Source: Bilabrum cf. latius
Lineage: Eukaryota
Direction of reading: 5' to 3'
Length of the DNA stretch: 64,000 nucleotides
Assembly: GCA_965178125.1 (NCBI GenBank)
Contig: OZ237766.1
Coordinates: 558,001-622,000, forward strand
The notes below the pieces were generated by a model, which was not told the DNA's origin, did not search any database, and saw only the letters and a list, made by a program, of their open reading frames with translations. Positions 36,277 to 48,626 of this stretch are shown here, piece by piece (position 1 is the stretch's first letter; every line of letters starts with the position of its first letter). The translations under genes and the position numbers were made by a program.

Positions 36277-39200
36277 TTAATCCTGACTTCCAGGTCCACG
36301 TACCATCAGATCGTCCGATCCAGCGGCAATGTAGCGAATGGCACATGCTGCATGCTCTGCCTCTGCACCCTTGCTTGACTTAAGCATCGCCTTCAGGCTC
36401 GGCAGTGCATCTGCCTGCACCACAGCTTGCTTCAGACCGTCCGATCCAGCTGCAATGTAGCGAATGGCACATGCTGCATGCTCTGCCTCTGCACCCTTGC
36501 TTGACCTTAGCATCGGCACCAAGCCTGCAAGTGCACCTGTTCGCACCACAGCTTGCTTCAGACCGTCCGATCCAGCGGCAATGTTGCGAATGGCACACGC
36601 CGCATATTCTGCTGTATTTCCCTTGCTTGACCTCAGCATCGGCACCAAGCCTCTCAATGCACCTGCCTGCACCACAGCTTGCTTCAGATCTTCCGATCCA
36701 GCGGCAATGTAGCGAATGGCACATGCTGCATGCTCTGCCTCCGTACCCTTGCTTGACGTCAGCATCGCTTCCAGGCTCGGCAGCGCACCTGCTTGCACCA
36801 CAGCTTGCTTCAGACCGTCCGATCCAGCTACAATGTAGCGAATGGCACATGCTGCATGCTCTGCCTCTGCACCCTTGCTTGACCTTAGCATCGGGACCAA
36901 GCCTGCAAGTGCATCTGTTCGCACCACAGCTTGCTTCAGATCTTCCGATCCAGCGGCAATGTAGCGAATGGCACATGCTGCATGCTCTGCCTCCGCACCC
37001 TTGCTTGACGTCAGCATCGCCTTCAGGCTCGGCAGTGCATCTGTTCGCACCACAGCTTGCTTCAAATCTTCCGATCCAGCTGCAATGTTGCGAATGGCAC
37101 ACGCCGCATATTCTGCTGTATTTCCCTTGCTTGACCTCAGCATCGGCACCAAGCCTCTCAATGCACCTGCCTGCACCACAGCTTGCTTCAGATCGTCCGA
37201 TCCAGCGGCAATGTTCCGAATGGCACATGCTGCCTGCTCTGCCTCCGTACCCTTGCTTGACCTCAGCATCGCTTCCAGGCTCGGCAGCGCACCTGCTTGC
37301 ACCACAGCCTGCTTCAGACCGTCCGATCCAGCGGCAATGTAGCGAATGGCACATGCTGCCTGCTCTGCCTCTGCACCCTTGCTTGACCTCAGCATCGCCT
37401 TCAGGCTCGGCAGTACATCTGGTCGCATCACAGCTTGCTTCAGATCTTCCGATCCAGCTGCAATGTAGCGAGTGGCACATGCTGCATGCTCTGCCTCTGC
37501 ACCCTTGCTTGACCTCAGCATCGGCACCAAGCCTCTCAATGCACCTGTCTGCACCACAGCTTGCTTCAGATCGTCCGATCCAGCTGCAATGTAGCGAATG
37601 GCACATGCTGCATGCTCTGCCTCCGCACCCTTGCTTGACCTCAGCATCGGCACCAAGCCTACAAGTGCACCTGCCTGCACCACAGCTTGCTTCAGATCGT
37701 CCGATCCAGCGGCAATACAGCGCGTGGCACAGGTTGCTTGCTCTGCCTCTGCACCCTTGCTTGACTTCAGCATCGCCTTCAGGCTCGGCAGCGCACCTGC
37801 TTGCACCACAGCTTGCTTCAGATCGTCCGATCCAGCGGCAATGTAGCGAATGGCACATGCTGCATGCTCTGCCTCTGCACCCTTGCTTGACCTTAGCATC
37901 GGCACCAAGCCTACAAGTGCACCTGTCTGCACCACAGCTTGCTTCAGACCGTCCGATCCAGCGGCAATGTAGCGAATGGCACATGCTGCATGCTCTGCCT
38001 CTGCACCCTTGCTTGACTTCAGCATCGCCTTCAGGCTCGGCAGCGCACCTGCTTGCACCACAGCTTGCTTCAGACCGTCCGATCCAGCGGCAATGTAGCG
38101 AATGGCACATGCTGCATGCTCTGCCTCCGCACCCTTGCTTGACCTCAGCATCGGCACTAAGCCTACAAGTGCATCTGTTCGCACCACAGCTTGCTTCAGA
38201 TCGTCCGATCCAGCGGCAATGTAGCGAATGGCACATGCTGCATGCTCTGCCTCTGCACCCTTGCTTGACCTTAGCATCGCCACCAAGCCTACAAGTGCAT
38301 CTGTTCGCACCACAGCTTGCTTCAGACCGTCCGATCCAGCTGCAATGTAGCGAATGGCACATGCTGCATGCTCTGCCTCTGCACCCTTGCTTGACTTCAG
38401 CATCGCCTTCAGGCTCGGCAGTGCACCTGTTCGCACCACAGCTTGCTTCAGATCTTCCGATCCAGCTGCAATGTTGCGAATGGCACACGCCGCATATTCT
38501 GCTGTATTTCCCTTGCTTGACCTCAGCATCGGCACCAAGCCTCTCAATGCACCTGCCTGCACCACAGCTTGCTTCAGATCGTCCGATCCAGCGGCAATGT
38601 TCCGAATGGCCCATACTGCGCGCTCTGCTTCACCTCCCTTGCTTGATTCAAGCATCGGCACCAAACCTTTAAGTACACCTGCTTGTACCACGGCGTGCTT
38701 CAAATCGTCCGATCCAGCGGCAATGTTGATAATCGTCCATGCTGCATGCTCTGCCTCCGCACCTTTGCTTGACCTCAGCATTGGAACCAAGCCTGCAAGT
38801 GCACCGGCTTGTACCACAGCATTTTCCATATCTTCAGATCCTTCGGCAATGTTGCAAATGGCACCTGCTGCATACTCTGCCTCTGAGCCTTTTATAGACC
38901 TCAGCATTCGCACCAAGCCTTTCATAGCATTCGCATCGACTACAGTTTTCTTCAGATCGTCCGATCCAGCGGCAATGTTCCGGATGGCCCACACTGCACG
39001 CTCTGCTTCTCCCCCCTGCCTTGATTCAAGCATCAGCACCAGACCTCTCAGTGCACCTGCTTGCACCACAGCTTGCTTCAGACCGTTCGATCCAGCGGCA
39101 ATGTTGATAATTGCCCATGCTGCATGCTCTGCTGCTTTTCCTGTGCTCGATCGGAGCATCAGTACCAGATCATTCAATGCACCGGCTTGCACCACAGCTT

Positions 39201-42200
39201 GCTTCGAATCTTCTGATCCAGCAGCAATGTTGATAATGGCCAATGCTGCACACTCTGCCTCTGCACCCTTGCTTGACCTCAGCATCGGCACCAAGCCTGC
39301 AAGTGCACCTGTTCGCACCACAGCTTGCTTCAGATCTTCCGATCCAGCGGCAAAGTTCTAAATGGCACATGCTGCACGCTCTGCCTCTGCACCCTTGCTT
39401 GACGTCAGCATCGGAACCAAGCCTGCAAGTGCACCAGCTGCCACCAAAGTGTTGACCTATTTATATTTGCCAGCAGCAATGCAACAAATTGCCCTGGCTG
39501 CATTTTCAGCCGTGTTACCGTCTGAAAGCCTTAGAGATCGGATTAGTTCGTGGTGAACATGAGCCTTGAAAATGTGTTCACGTAGCTTGCTGCTGCAAGC
39601 GGGTTTCCAAGCGTGCGGTCGCATTGCTACAAATAGCACCATCCTACATTTTAGCGGTTCGTTTAGTCGCGCAAGGCAATTAATAATTCCATCAGCTGCT
39701 GTTGGGATATCCAGTATCGTATTGCAATACTCCTTCTTACTGGCGATCTCTGCCAAGACATGAATCGCGTTCGTTGGATCGAATCCATACGTCGACGAAA
39801 TTAATTCAATGAGAGCAGGAATTGCATCGGAACCGCGAATGCCCTCCTTTGCTGCTGAACTACAGCACATCTCTCTTAGTGCTAGTGCTGCATCCTAGGC
39901 ACGACCAACACGATCAGATCGAAGCAATAATGCAAGCGCAGGGATGGCTCCAGCACGTAGTGCTGCTTGGGTTCGCTCCTACGAACCCCGAACAGAGAAA
40001 GCAATGCACTTTGCAGCATAATCAGGCACGAATCTGAGCTTGCTCCCGAGAAGATCCACCAGGATACGAATTCCGACTGCAAATCCTTGCTATGTGGACC
40101 TTCCTTTCAGCAAAATACCCAGCTCGCGACACGCTTTCTTCTTCTAGCCTACTCCTCCGTGTTCCAAATGCTCCAAAAGCTCTCTCATTTCTACCACACT
40201 ATTCTCTGATACCATGTAGCGCCTGTCAGGCAGGCTTCTGTCCCCGTTGTGCTCCAGGTCGCCCTTCCGCACCATATCGTCAAGCACTGCCTGGAAATTC
40301 ATGCCTATAACCGCCTAACAGACATCTGTGATCCGTCTTTTGAAACTTCTTGTGTACAGCTAGCCTAGATTAGTAGCTGTCGCTGTTGCAGTCGCATCGG
40401 AATGGAGCTCTGCGATGGCATTTGAAATCCAGGCTCGAAGATCAGATGGAGCCAAGATTGCAGGAGGCTACGGGCTATCCTCCTGCTCAGCTTTCTCCGG
40501 CTGTCTCTCATGTAAGGGATCGGACTTCGAGGCACCTGCATGCGAATCAGCACCTCTGTTTTGCTCCTTAATGCGTAGTTCCTGCAGGAACTCGTCAAGA
40601 TCTTTTTGTGCGACAACCTTCACGACACGAGCCAAATCTTGACCGTACTTCTCTCGGTATTCTTGTGCTAGACCTTCAGCTGACACGTTTGGCTCCGTTG
40701 CATTCAACAAATCAAGCAGACTTTGCTTCAGAGGTGCTAGTACTGGGTTGATGTCAGGGGCCTTCTGTTGCTCGACTGTTCTGACCGCTCCACCGTCTGG
40801 AAATCGCATGCTAGCCCGGCGCCTGGCAAACTGGAGAATGCATTGACGGGTTGACTGCCTCCACTGTTGCAATATGAATTTGGAGCCAGCAGCACTGGTC
40901 TCCACCGAGAACACGGGTACTGATTCATTCCTATTCCATGCCTGCCGTCGGGGGGCGTCATTGCCGTATGCGGAGAGCTCACACAAATGACAGAAAATCT
41001 TGCAAACCGCATGCGCTGCTTCACGGCTGTCTTGCCTGTACATACCTAGCAGCTGCGCAAGCCTGGGGACAGCATTTGTGCGCTGCTCAACTAGCCTCTG
41101 TCCCACTCTAGGTTCGCTTTCGAGCATACCCTAGAGTAACTCTAAGTAGGGAAGTGCTGCTCGACCCTTCAACTCATGAATCTGACAAATGATAGCCTCT
41201 AATACGTGAGAGCCTGGACCTGTCATTTCGTTCACAATGTCGGCAGGACCTACCCTGGTCCCATCAAAGCAGAGAATTGCACGCAGCGCATCCCAAAACC
41301 ATCCGTGCTCTGCACTACTACGACACCATATTGACATTGGGATGGAGAAAACTACTGAACAGTGCTATCCAAATGCTTCGATCTCTCTTTGATCATCATA
41401 GCCGTCTCCAGTCAACCTAGCCCCCTCATCTCGGAGCTCACCCGCACACACCATGTCGCTCACCAGCTATTCGACCGTCATGCCGGCTGCTTGCCGAACT
41501 GCATCATGCATTGAACAGCCAAGGCGCTCAACAAACGTTGATTGAAGCTCAGGCAGCGTCATTTGGTCAGACTGAAACAAATACTTCACAAGCCGACGAA
41601 TGATCTCGTGTTGGGGTGTCCTGGGCTGAGTCGGCTCCCGGCTGGCACACAGCAGCGGTTCTGAATGTGGAGTGTTTCCAGTGGGACGCCACCGGGAAGT
41701 AGCATCGCCTAGCAATTCGATCAGCGTGCCATGACAAACCATTGCATCCAGGTGTGCGCGGAGGTTTCTAGCTTCACCAATGTCAGCCTTGTCATCTTGT
41801 CCGTCTAGAAGAAGCCAGGGCAGCTTTTCCGTAAAGGCTCGAGCAATCTCCAGCGGAGTCCACACGCCATCACCGATGATCTTCAATAGAGACTTCTTCA
41901 CAGCCTCCTCCCGCTCGATACCCACCGATATTTTTTCGAGCTCGCTCAACTGCTTGCTCAGTTCTGACTTTGCTGGTACGTCTGAGTTGCCCTGCAGGTG
42001 CCTCCGAAGCATGCCCGCCGCTTTGCGTACCAATTGTTTGTACCAATCGTCATGTGAACCAACACTGCGCTTGCGGTGCTCCATGCACGCAGTGTACTCA
42101 CGCATTGCCTCCGTTACCTTGTCAAGCGAAGCGTAGACCTCTGCAATACGCTCCTGCGTACGTATACAGTCCGGATGGCCTGCACCAAGCACCTCTTGCC

Positions 42201-45200
42201 GGATTGACAGACACTCTTCGAACTGATCGCGAGCTTCGGTGAAGCTTTTCCAAGACTGCAGGCACTTTGCAATCATATACTACTTTGTAGCAACTACAGG
42301 GGACTTGGAACCGTAGCACCTCCTGTAGATGTCTCTACACTCATTTAACTGTCCCAATGCCGTCTGGTGGTCCGTACCGCCCCCCTCTTTCAGCGAGAAT
42401 TGCGACACAGCAACCATGAGATCGGCATACTCCGGACAGTCAACACACCTCTTGCCCTTTGACTCCTTGAGCTATTTCAAAGCTCCATCATAAACTTCTT
42501 TGGAAGCTTTTGTGTTGCTGTTTGCGAGGTAGCACTCGCCCAGCTGGCGTTGGAACTCTAGAGGAGGATCTGGGTACGTGCTCCGAAATCTTGTCATGAT
42601 TTGCAAGGCCTCTCCTTGGCGTCCTGCACGCAGCAATAGCGCTGACTCGCCAATGCATGACTCCAAGCACGTGTGCTTCATTTCCTCATTAATGCGCCTG
42701 TAAACAGCATGAGCCTCCCTAGGATGGCGGTGCTGGAGGTAGGCAGCCAGTTGCACAGAGCACTGAACAAAAGCATCTGCATCGTCCGACTTTGCGCTGT
42801 ACCGCCGGACCAAACTCAAAAGATGAACTCGCTCAAGACCAGAGGACAGCGAAGCAAACTCGGCCAAAGATTGCAAAATATCACATTCACTAGCTCCGCC
42901 TACGTGTTGCAGGTGGCTAAGCTCTTGAACCAGCTCACGGGTGGCAGTGGCAGGGGACTTCGTGTGCAACCCAAGGTCAGCTGCCTACTCAGTAGCATCA
43001 CACTCGCTCATGACCTTGCGCGATAGGATGACACTTTGACTTCGTCCCGCCAAATCAGCACGATGCTGCACGAACACACCTTTAGAAGCATAGGCTACAG
43101 CCTCACAGGCCACTGCGCGTGACAGCTACGGCCCAATCTAGGAATGTTCTATCCTTGCGGCTAAATCTCTGGCCCGCTCCTTGCTGCTTTGGCCGCCGTA
43201 CAGTAACGCAAATTCGATGGCCTGTCGCATCTTATCATCAAGTTTACCTTCTAGCAGGTGACGTGCATGCCTCAAACCTAAGCCATATTTGTGAAGGGCC
43301 TACTTCAGGTGGGTTCGCACGCGCGCAGGATCGTCGGGACGCTCCATCAGGCGAAAGCTTTGTTTAAAGTCATTGAGTACTGGGCATGTGTGACCACTCT
43401 CAGCATCGAATGCGGCCTTGTGCAGCTTTCTGATAGCTTGTCTAGCAGACTCAACATGCTCTTGGGCCCCGTTCATGATTCCGTCAGGGCATAGGCCTAA
43501 AGAAGTGTCAGAGTCGCCCGAGAGCCTTCTTAGGCACTCCGCTGCTTCGGGTGGCAGCACGCAGGTCATGCACATGTTTCCGCAGTAGTACCACCTTGAG
43601 CAAGCAACGATAGCTACAAACTTACCACCACGACTTCCACACGGCACGACTGCACATCCGGAGTTCCTATCGAAACAGATGTTTGCTCGATCAAAATCAC
43701 AAGCCTCCCCAAAGCAAAGCTCCAGCGCGTTGCACAGTCCTTCTGTCGTGAACTTGGGGGTAGTATCTAGGCACGTCCGCTCAACACCTGCCGATCGACT
43801 AGACTTGGATGGAACTAACCAGACCTAACATTTGCTCTTTTCTTGAATCCAGTCCATCCACAGCACGTCCGGTATAAGCAATCGATGCGTATCAAGAACT
43901 ACACGCTGGCCGCTGGGCAACTAGTGCACTTCGACATCAAAAGGCAGCTGACTAGATACAGAGCCTGTTGACGGCGTGGTCTTGACAATAGTGTGATTCA
44001 CTGGACCGGTAGGCTGCGAATCAAGTCTAGCTTTGGATTGAGACATTTGATCGTGAAACGCTTCGACTACCTACTGATCCTATTTCGACAGCTATTGCAA
44101 GTCTACCTACATTATGGACAGAGATTCAGCATCGCAGGCAGTAGAAATGGTCGCTCGTAGTCGCATGTCGTTCTTTCCTAGCCTGCTCAAGATAGACCCG
44201 GACACGGTACTCGGCGCGCCATCACCAGCTACCGAGTACGAATGCCTCACAATCTCCGTAGACCGCTCGAGCAGTGTGCATCTGGCTAAGAAGAACGAGT
44301 CTGCGAGTTGCTGCACCACATCGTTCTGGCTCTCATCGACGTGGAGTGATTTCAAAGCATCAGCAGAGCCTACTCGCAGGGTAGACAAGGGCGAGAAGGG
44401 ACCGTGCTTCCTAACTGCAACCTTGGCAAACACCTAGACTCGAACAGTAACATGGTTTGGCCGAGTGTTATCTACAGGTATCACACTCAGCCGTAGATCG
44501 ACTTTCTCGAGCATTGGGCTGGATACATGCAGACTATTCAAACCATGCACCCATCGAACTGCGCCGACTTCTCGCTTGGCCGCCTTTGCCGCCATTCTGG
44601 TGCTGCCATAAATGCCCTTGTGATCGAAGGCAAACTTGAGGAACAGGCCACACTCAGCCAATTCGGCTTTCAGGCCACCTGCTTCGCCACCTGCTTCAAA
44701 AAATCGAAGGCCCGTGCTCCCATGGATCGCCGTCTTGTCCTCTTCGGTAAACCCCGTGGGAATGCAATTTTCCCTCCAAGAAAGATGCACGTCGGGAAAC
44801 GGGGCTTCCGTGACTCGGTCATGCACCGTGTTCAAGAAGTCCGCTCCGAGCTCCCGAAATTGCTCCGCTCGCTCCTTTTGCTGGTACGGAAACATGGCCA
44901 CCTACCGCCGGATCGCATCAAAGCGAGCCTGCCAATTGAATCTGTCTGGTGCTTGTGCTGCTGCTAATCCGCGGAGGGGTACTGTCTGGTCCTCTGGCTC
45001 ACTGGCCTACTCGTGGTGTGCGGGATCACTGGACCCTGCACCAGAGACAGGGCCTAGGCCATGGCGTTCTACTGGACGTGATGGCTTGCTACCCAGCGCC
45101 GATGTTTCAGTCCATGGGGCGCTCACGGGGCGGTCTCTCGCAGATGCCTCGGCAGACGACGGACCGCCAGCAGCAAGCCCACTCCTGGGGCCGTGACGCT

Positions 45201-46008
45201 AGCTAAGCGACCATGTGGCCGAGTCTATTGGTAACCCCTGCATCTCTCCTGCACAGATGCCCTGACCAGTCATGACATCAGTGTTAAATTCATCACAGCC
45301 TTCTAATAGCGTACTTGCTCGACCTTTTGCTGCAAAAACTGTTTTTGACCGCGGCGGGCCCGGGCTGGAGGCACTCGCTGCGGGCGTACTCTTTCCTTCT
45401 AACATTGACCCTATCGGTTCTGTCAGCAGCGGAGCGAGCCTGTATCTACCTCCCGCGGGCTTTGAGATCAATTCAGCATTCTATGCACCGCTGATGGTTT
45501 CACCAGCGCCCGCACTTGTGGCATCGCCGGATAGGCCTGTAGCGCGGGATGAGCTTGGAGTCGATGCATCATCGGTGGTTTCCGATCTCACAAGACCGGG
45601 GGACCGTTCTGTTGCAGATGATTTGGCCCCGCCTTTTGCCCGTGTGTCCTGCATGGACTTCGAGGAGCTGCCAATGCGCGTAGAGAGCTCAGCTGATAGG
45701 CTGCCCCGTGTTGAGGTCGATGCTCGCCGTGGCGGCTACGCGCTTCCTCTAGTCAGTGCAGTGCTAGCTGTCGAACGACTGTCGGGATCAGCAGATCGAC
45801 CGGACGTGGATGATAGGCATTTCTGGACCTACTTAGCCTAAGGACGTGCACCTGGAGGAGCTTGCTGCCGAGTGCTCTACCCCGAGGAATCTAGCGGTGT
45901 GCCTTCGGCAGCCTTCAGTAGCTAGTATTTACTCTCGTCATTCCTATCCCTGCCTGAATCTGTACCTGGGTGCGCCACCCCCTTCGGAGGATCTGCCTGC
46001 TGCTCCAT
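36277..46008 (-). CDS. Giant Clu + TPR + wHTH/LOTUS-like + Armadillo-repeat protein, 3243 aa
   Basis: Ten track ORFs (45199, 44434, 44107, 43300, 42472, 41467, 41131, 40468, 39457, 36277) are in one frame. The gaps, read directly or via the inverted paralog, contain TAG but no TAA or TGA. ATG 46008 follows a CTAAT..CGCAG acceptor-like site. The end at TAA 36277 is uncertain because a GTACGT donor-like site lies at about 36303. Confidence 0.85.
36305..39450 (-). repeat. Armadillo repeat array, 126-bp / 42-aa unit, about 25 copies
   Basis: Unit GALxxLVPMLRSSKGAEAEHAACAIRYIAAGSDDLKQAVVQA, near-identical at DNA level in the distal part. Confidence 0.95.
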
Positions 46009-46551
46009 GGAGCTGCGAAATATTAGAGCGGGGCAATCTTATCCTGACAAGGTGCTGGCTGTCACATGGCTTGGTGAACGCACGCATATCCATTCAAAAA
46101 GAAAGCGACACAGTGCGTTCCATACTCTCACGTATTCAAAGTACAGATGAGTGAGTTCTGCCTTGAACCTACAAGTATGTTCGGCCTGATGTTCGGTAGT
46201 ACTGCTTATCGCGACTACAGGAATCTGCAAGATGGTGCAACGTACAACATACATATTCAGATATTTAATCATATGGAATTTAATACCGATAGCCGCTCAG
46301 CATTGCGGCACAACATGATATTTTGAATGTCGAGGCCAAAGTGATAGTTGGTTAAATCCGACTCATTCAGATTTGCAACATAATCGTGATTCATACAATC
46401 ACAGGGCTGAAAGTAAATACATTCAAAATATCATGTGTATCACAATACGCCTTAGAGGAGTTTTGCTCACCTCAACGATCACAGAGTGTTCCGGCAGGGT
46501 CCATTTCTGGGGCTGCTTGGAGGATCGGATCATCCTTTGTAGCGTAATGAT
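40463..46551 (-). repeat. Inverted segmental duplication, right arm
   Basis: Reverse complement of 22429-28510. Confidence 0.95.
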
Positions 46552-46704
46552 ATTCCTCGGCGCTGCATGTCTGGGCCACGCACCAGTCAGTGTAGCATGA
46601 ACTATATCGGGTCGATGCCCTAGGGCGTGAGCTTTTCTTAAATGCATGTGCCTAAATAATGTCGTCAAGATTTATTTTATATTGAGTGTAACCGGATATG
46701 AAGT

Positions 46705-48040
46705 ACAGAAATACAGAAATACATTGTTGGGTAAAGATTCCACAAGCACCCAGATGCACCGTTGCCCCCGAAGGAGTTCGAGTGATCACCTGAATCCAGA
46801 GGAGTCCTCAAACAAGGACTACAAGACCCCCGACCCTTTCAGGCCAAAGGCCCCCCAATCTCAGCCTACACCGCCGAGTCCCCTTTATTCGCCATCAATG
46901 TGGTCCCCCACAAGCCCTCAGCCTGATGCCTTCACAGGGAGAAAGCATACAGGTGCGGAGCATGTGCCCGGCACAAAGCGCGGTCCAGTCCCACATCAGG
47001 GTCCCCTGCCGGGACCCACCATTTCCTCCTCCATGACCGTCTCTGCGTCTCACGGTCCTTCAGAGAGGCTAGCATGCACGCGCTCATGCCTTTGGCCCAT
47101 TGCCTCTCTATGTCCCTTAGCAAGCCGTGGGGCTTAAACATCCGTCGCTGTAGCCGAGCGTTCGCATTGGTTGCCGCTATCAGCTCTTGCGTGGCCGTGG
47201 CGGCAAGAGCAGCCGCCGCATCGCCTCGCATCCACTGCCTGCACGTCAGCTACTCCTGCTAGCGCAGCTGGTTCCTGATCACCTGCACCACTCGGTTGGC
47301 CAGCTCCTTGACAGCTGTCCGTTCCGATGACCGCGCAATCGTACGCTCTATCCGAGTGAGTGCGTCTTCGACGATTGGCTTGGCCCTGCTGGTGCGCTCC
47401 AGCTTCTCGTCCCAAGGGTCCTGAGCGAGAGCTGTCTTCGCCCATGCTTTCCGGAGAGAGGCAGGGGACCTCCCTCTATTCTGATCCGCATCATCGGGTT
47501 GCCACGGTCTCGTGCCGGCATGATGGTCATGCTCGGCCCGCTCCATCTGCTCTACCGCGGTGCCCATCACTTGAAGGTTGGGCGTGCCCTGTTGCGGGTA
47601 TTGTCCAGCTCGGATGCGCAGAATTCGTCTTCCTTGGTGGCCGTATTCCTGCACCACCGCTGCTGTTGGCATGGCTCCTGGTCCGAAGGCATACCGTCCC
47701 TTCGTTGCGTACCGGTTAAGCATGACCACTCCGAGCGCGGCGCTCTCCCGGTCCTAATCCGACAGTGCCGGATCGTGCGAGCATCCCAGGCTCAGGCTTG
47801 TGAACGATCGGTCAGCAGCTCCGGATTTGGATTTCCTCCACTTTGTGACTTTTTTTGCAGTCTCCTGGCATCCCAGCCAGTCCTTCGCGTCATCGATCCG
47901 TTGGGTCCACCCTGCCATCTTGATCCTGAATCCCAGTGCCAGCGCAGCCCCGAGTGGGCCTGTCTGTACTGGTGGTCCCTGCAGGAATCGGCCCTGGTGG
48001 ATGAACCTGGCCGCAACATCAAGGCCCTTCTTCGAGGGAC
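46705..48040 (-). mobile_element. 5'-truncated retroelement family B copy
   Basis: Near-identical reverse complement of 15946-17285 with a different 5' truncation point. (GAAATACA)n tail at 46705; candidate TSD ATGAAGT at 46698 and 48042. Confidence 0.8.
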
Positions 48041-48050
48041 CATGAAGTTT

Positions 48051-48418
48051 GGGGGGGATCTGATATTTTGTGAACTCAACTCAAAAGCGCACGCTATCAC
48101 GAAGAAACATCTGGAACGAGGGCCCGGGACCTACCAGACTTCACGCTTCAGCTGCAATGGCCTAAGCCACCTAAGCTCCACCCTGGGGACCCATTTCCCC
48201 ATGGGGAGCGTCAGCATTCACGTTCCCTCCGGCGCCCGCTGCCGGCACCCCGTCCTGCTGCCCGTTCTGAGCCAACCCTGCCTTGACGTTGGCGATCGCC
48301 ACGGCGAGGTTGTTGTTTTCGGCTGCCCCTACAGCCAGGCTGGCAAAGTCCTCTCGGATCGCCCTTGCGAGCGCCCGTTTGGCCTTCGCTGCAGCCCTCC
48401 TCGATCCCTTCGACAGCA
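48051..48418 (-). mobile_element. Short 3'-terminal copy of LINE family A with 14-bp TSD
   Basis: Matches 15835-15910 plus 17286-17588, and is flanked by GGACCATGAAGTTT at 48037 and 48419. Confidence 0.85.
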
Positions 48419-48626
48419 GGACCATGAAGTTTTCCAGATAACTATAACGTGCACGTTTGAGTTCAACAAAATATCAGATCCCCCTTTAGTTCGGTATGCA
48501 AGGCATCAAAGTGACCCTACAGTAAGCTTTCTGCAATCAAAGGTCTACATCTACATAAATTTTCTGCAACCTCTTTTGCTTGTACCTTTTGTTGCCTGCT
48601 GACGCTTGCGAAGGCCTCAGCAAGAT

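Noticed and set aside
36380-38672. Long alternative-frame and antisense ORFs (744 and 755 aa; likewise 20458-21502 and 62311-63252)
   Set aside because: These are by-products of tandem repeats and high GC overlapping the real ARM, RGG and AADPAM frames.
20615-39450. CRISPR arrays (57-bp and 126-bp periodicities)
   Set aside because: There are no unique spacers and no cas genes. Unit lengths are multiples of three and encode protein repeats.
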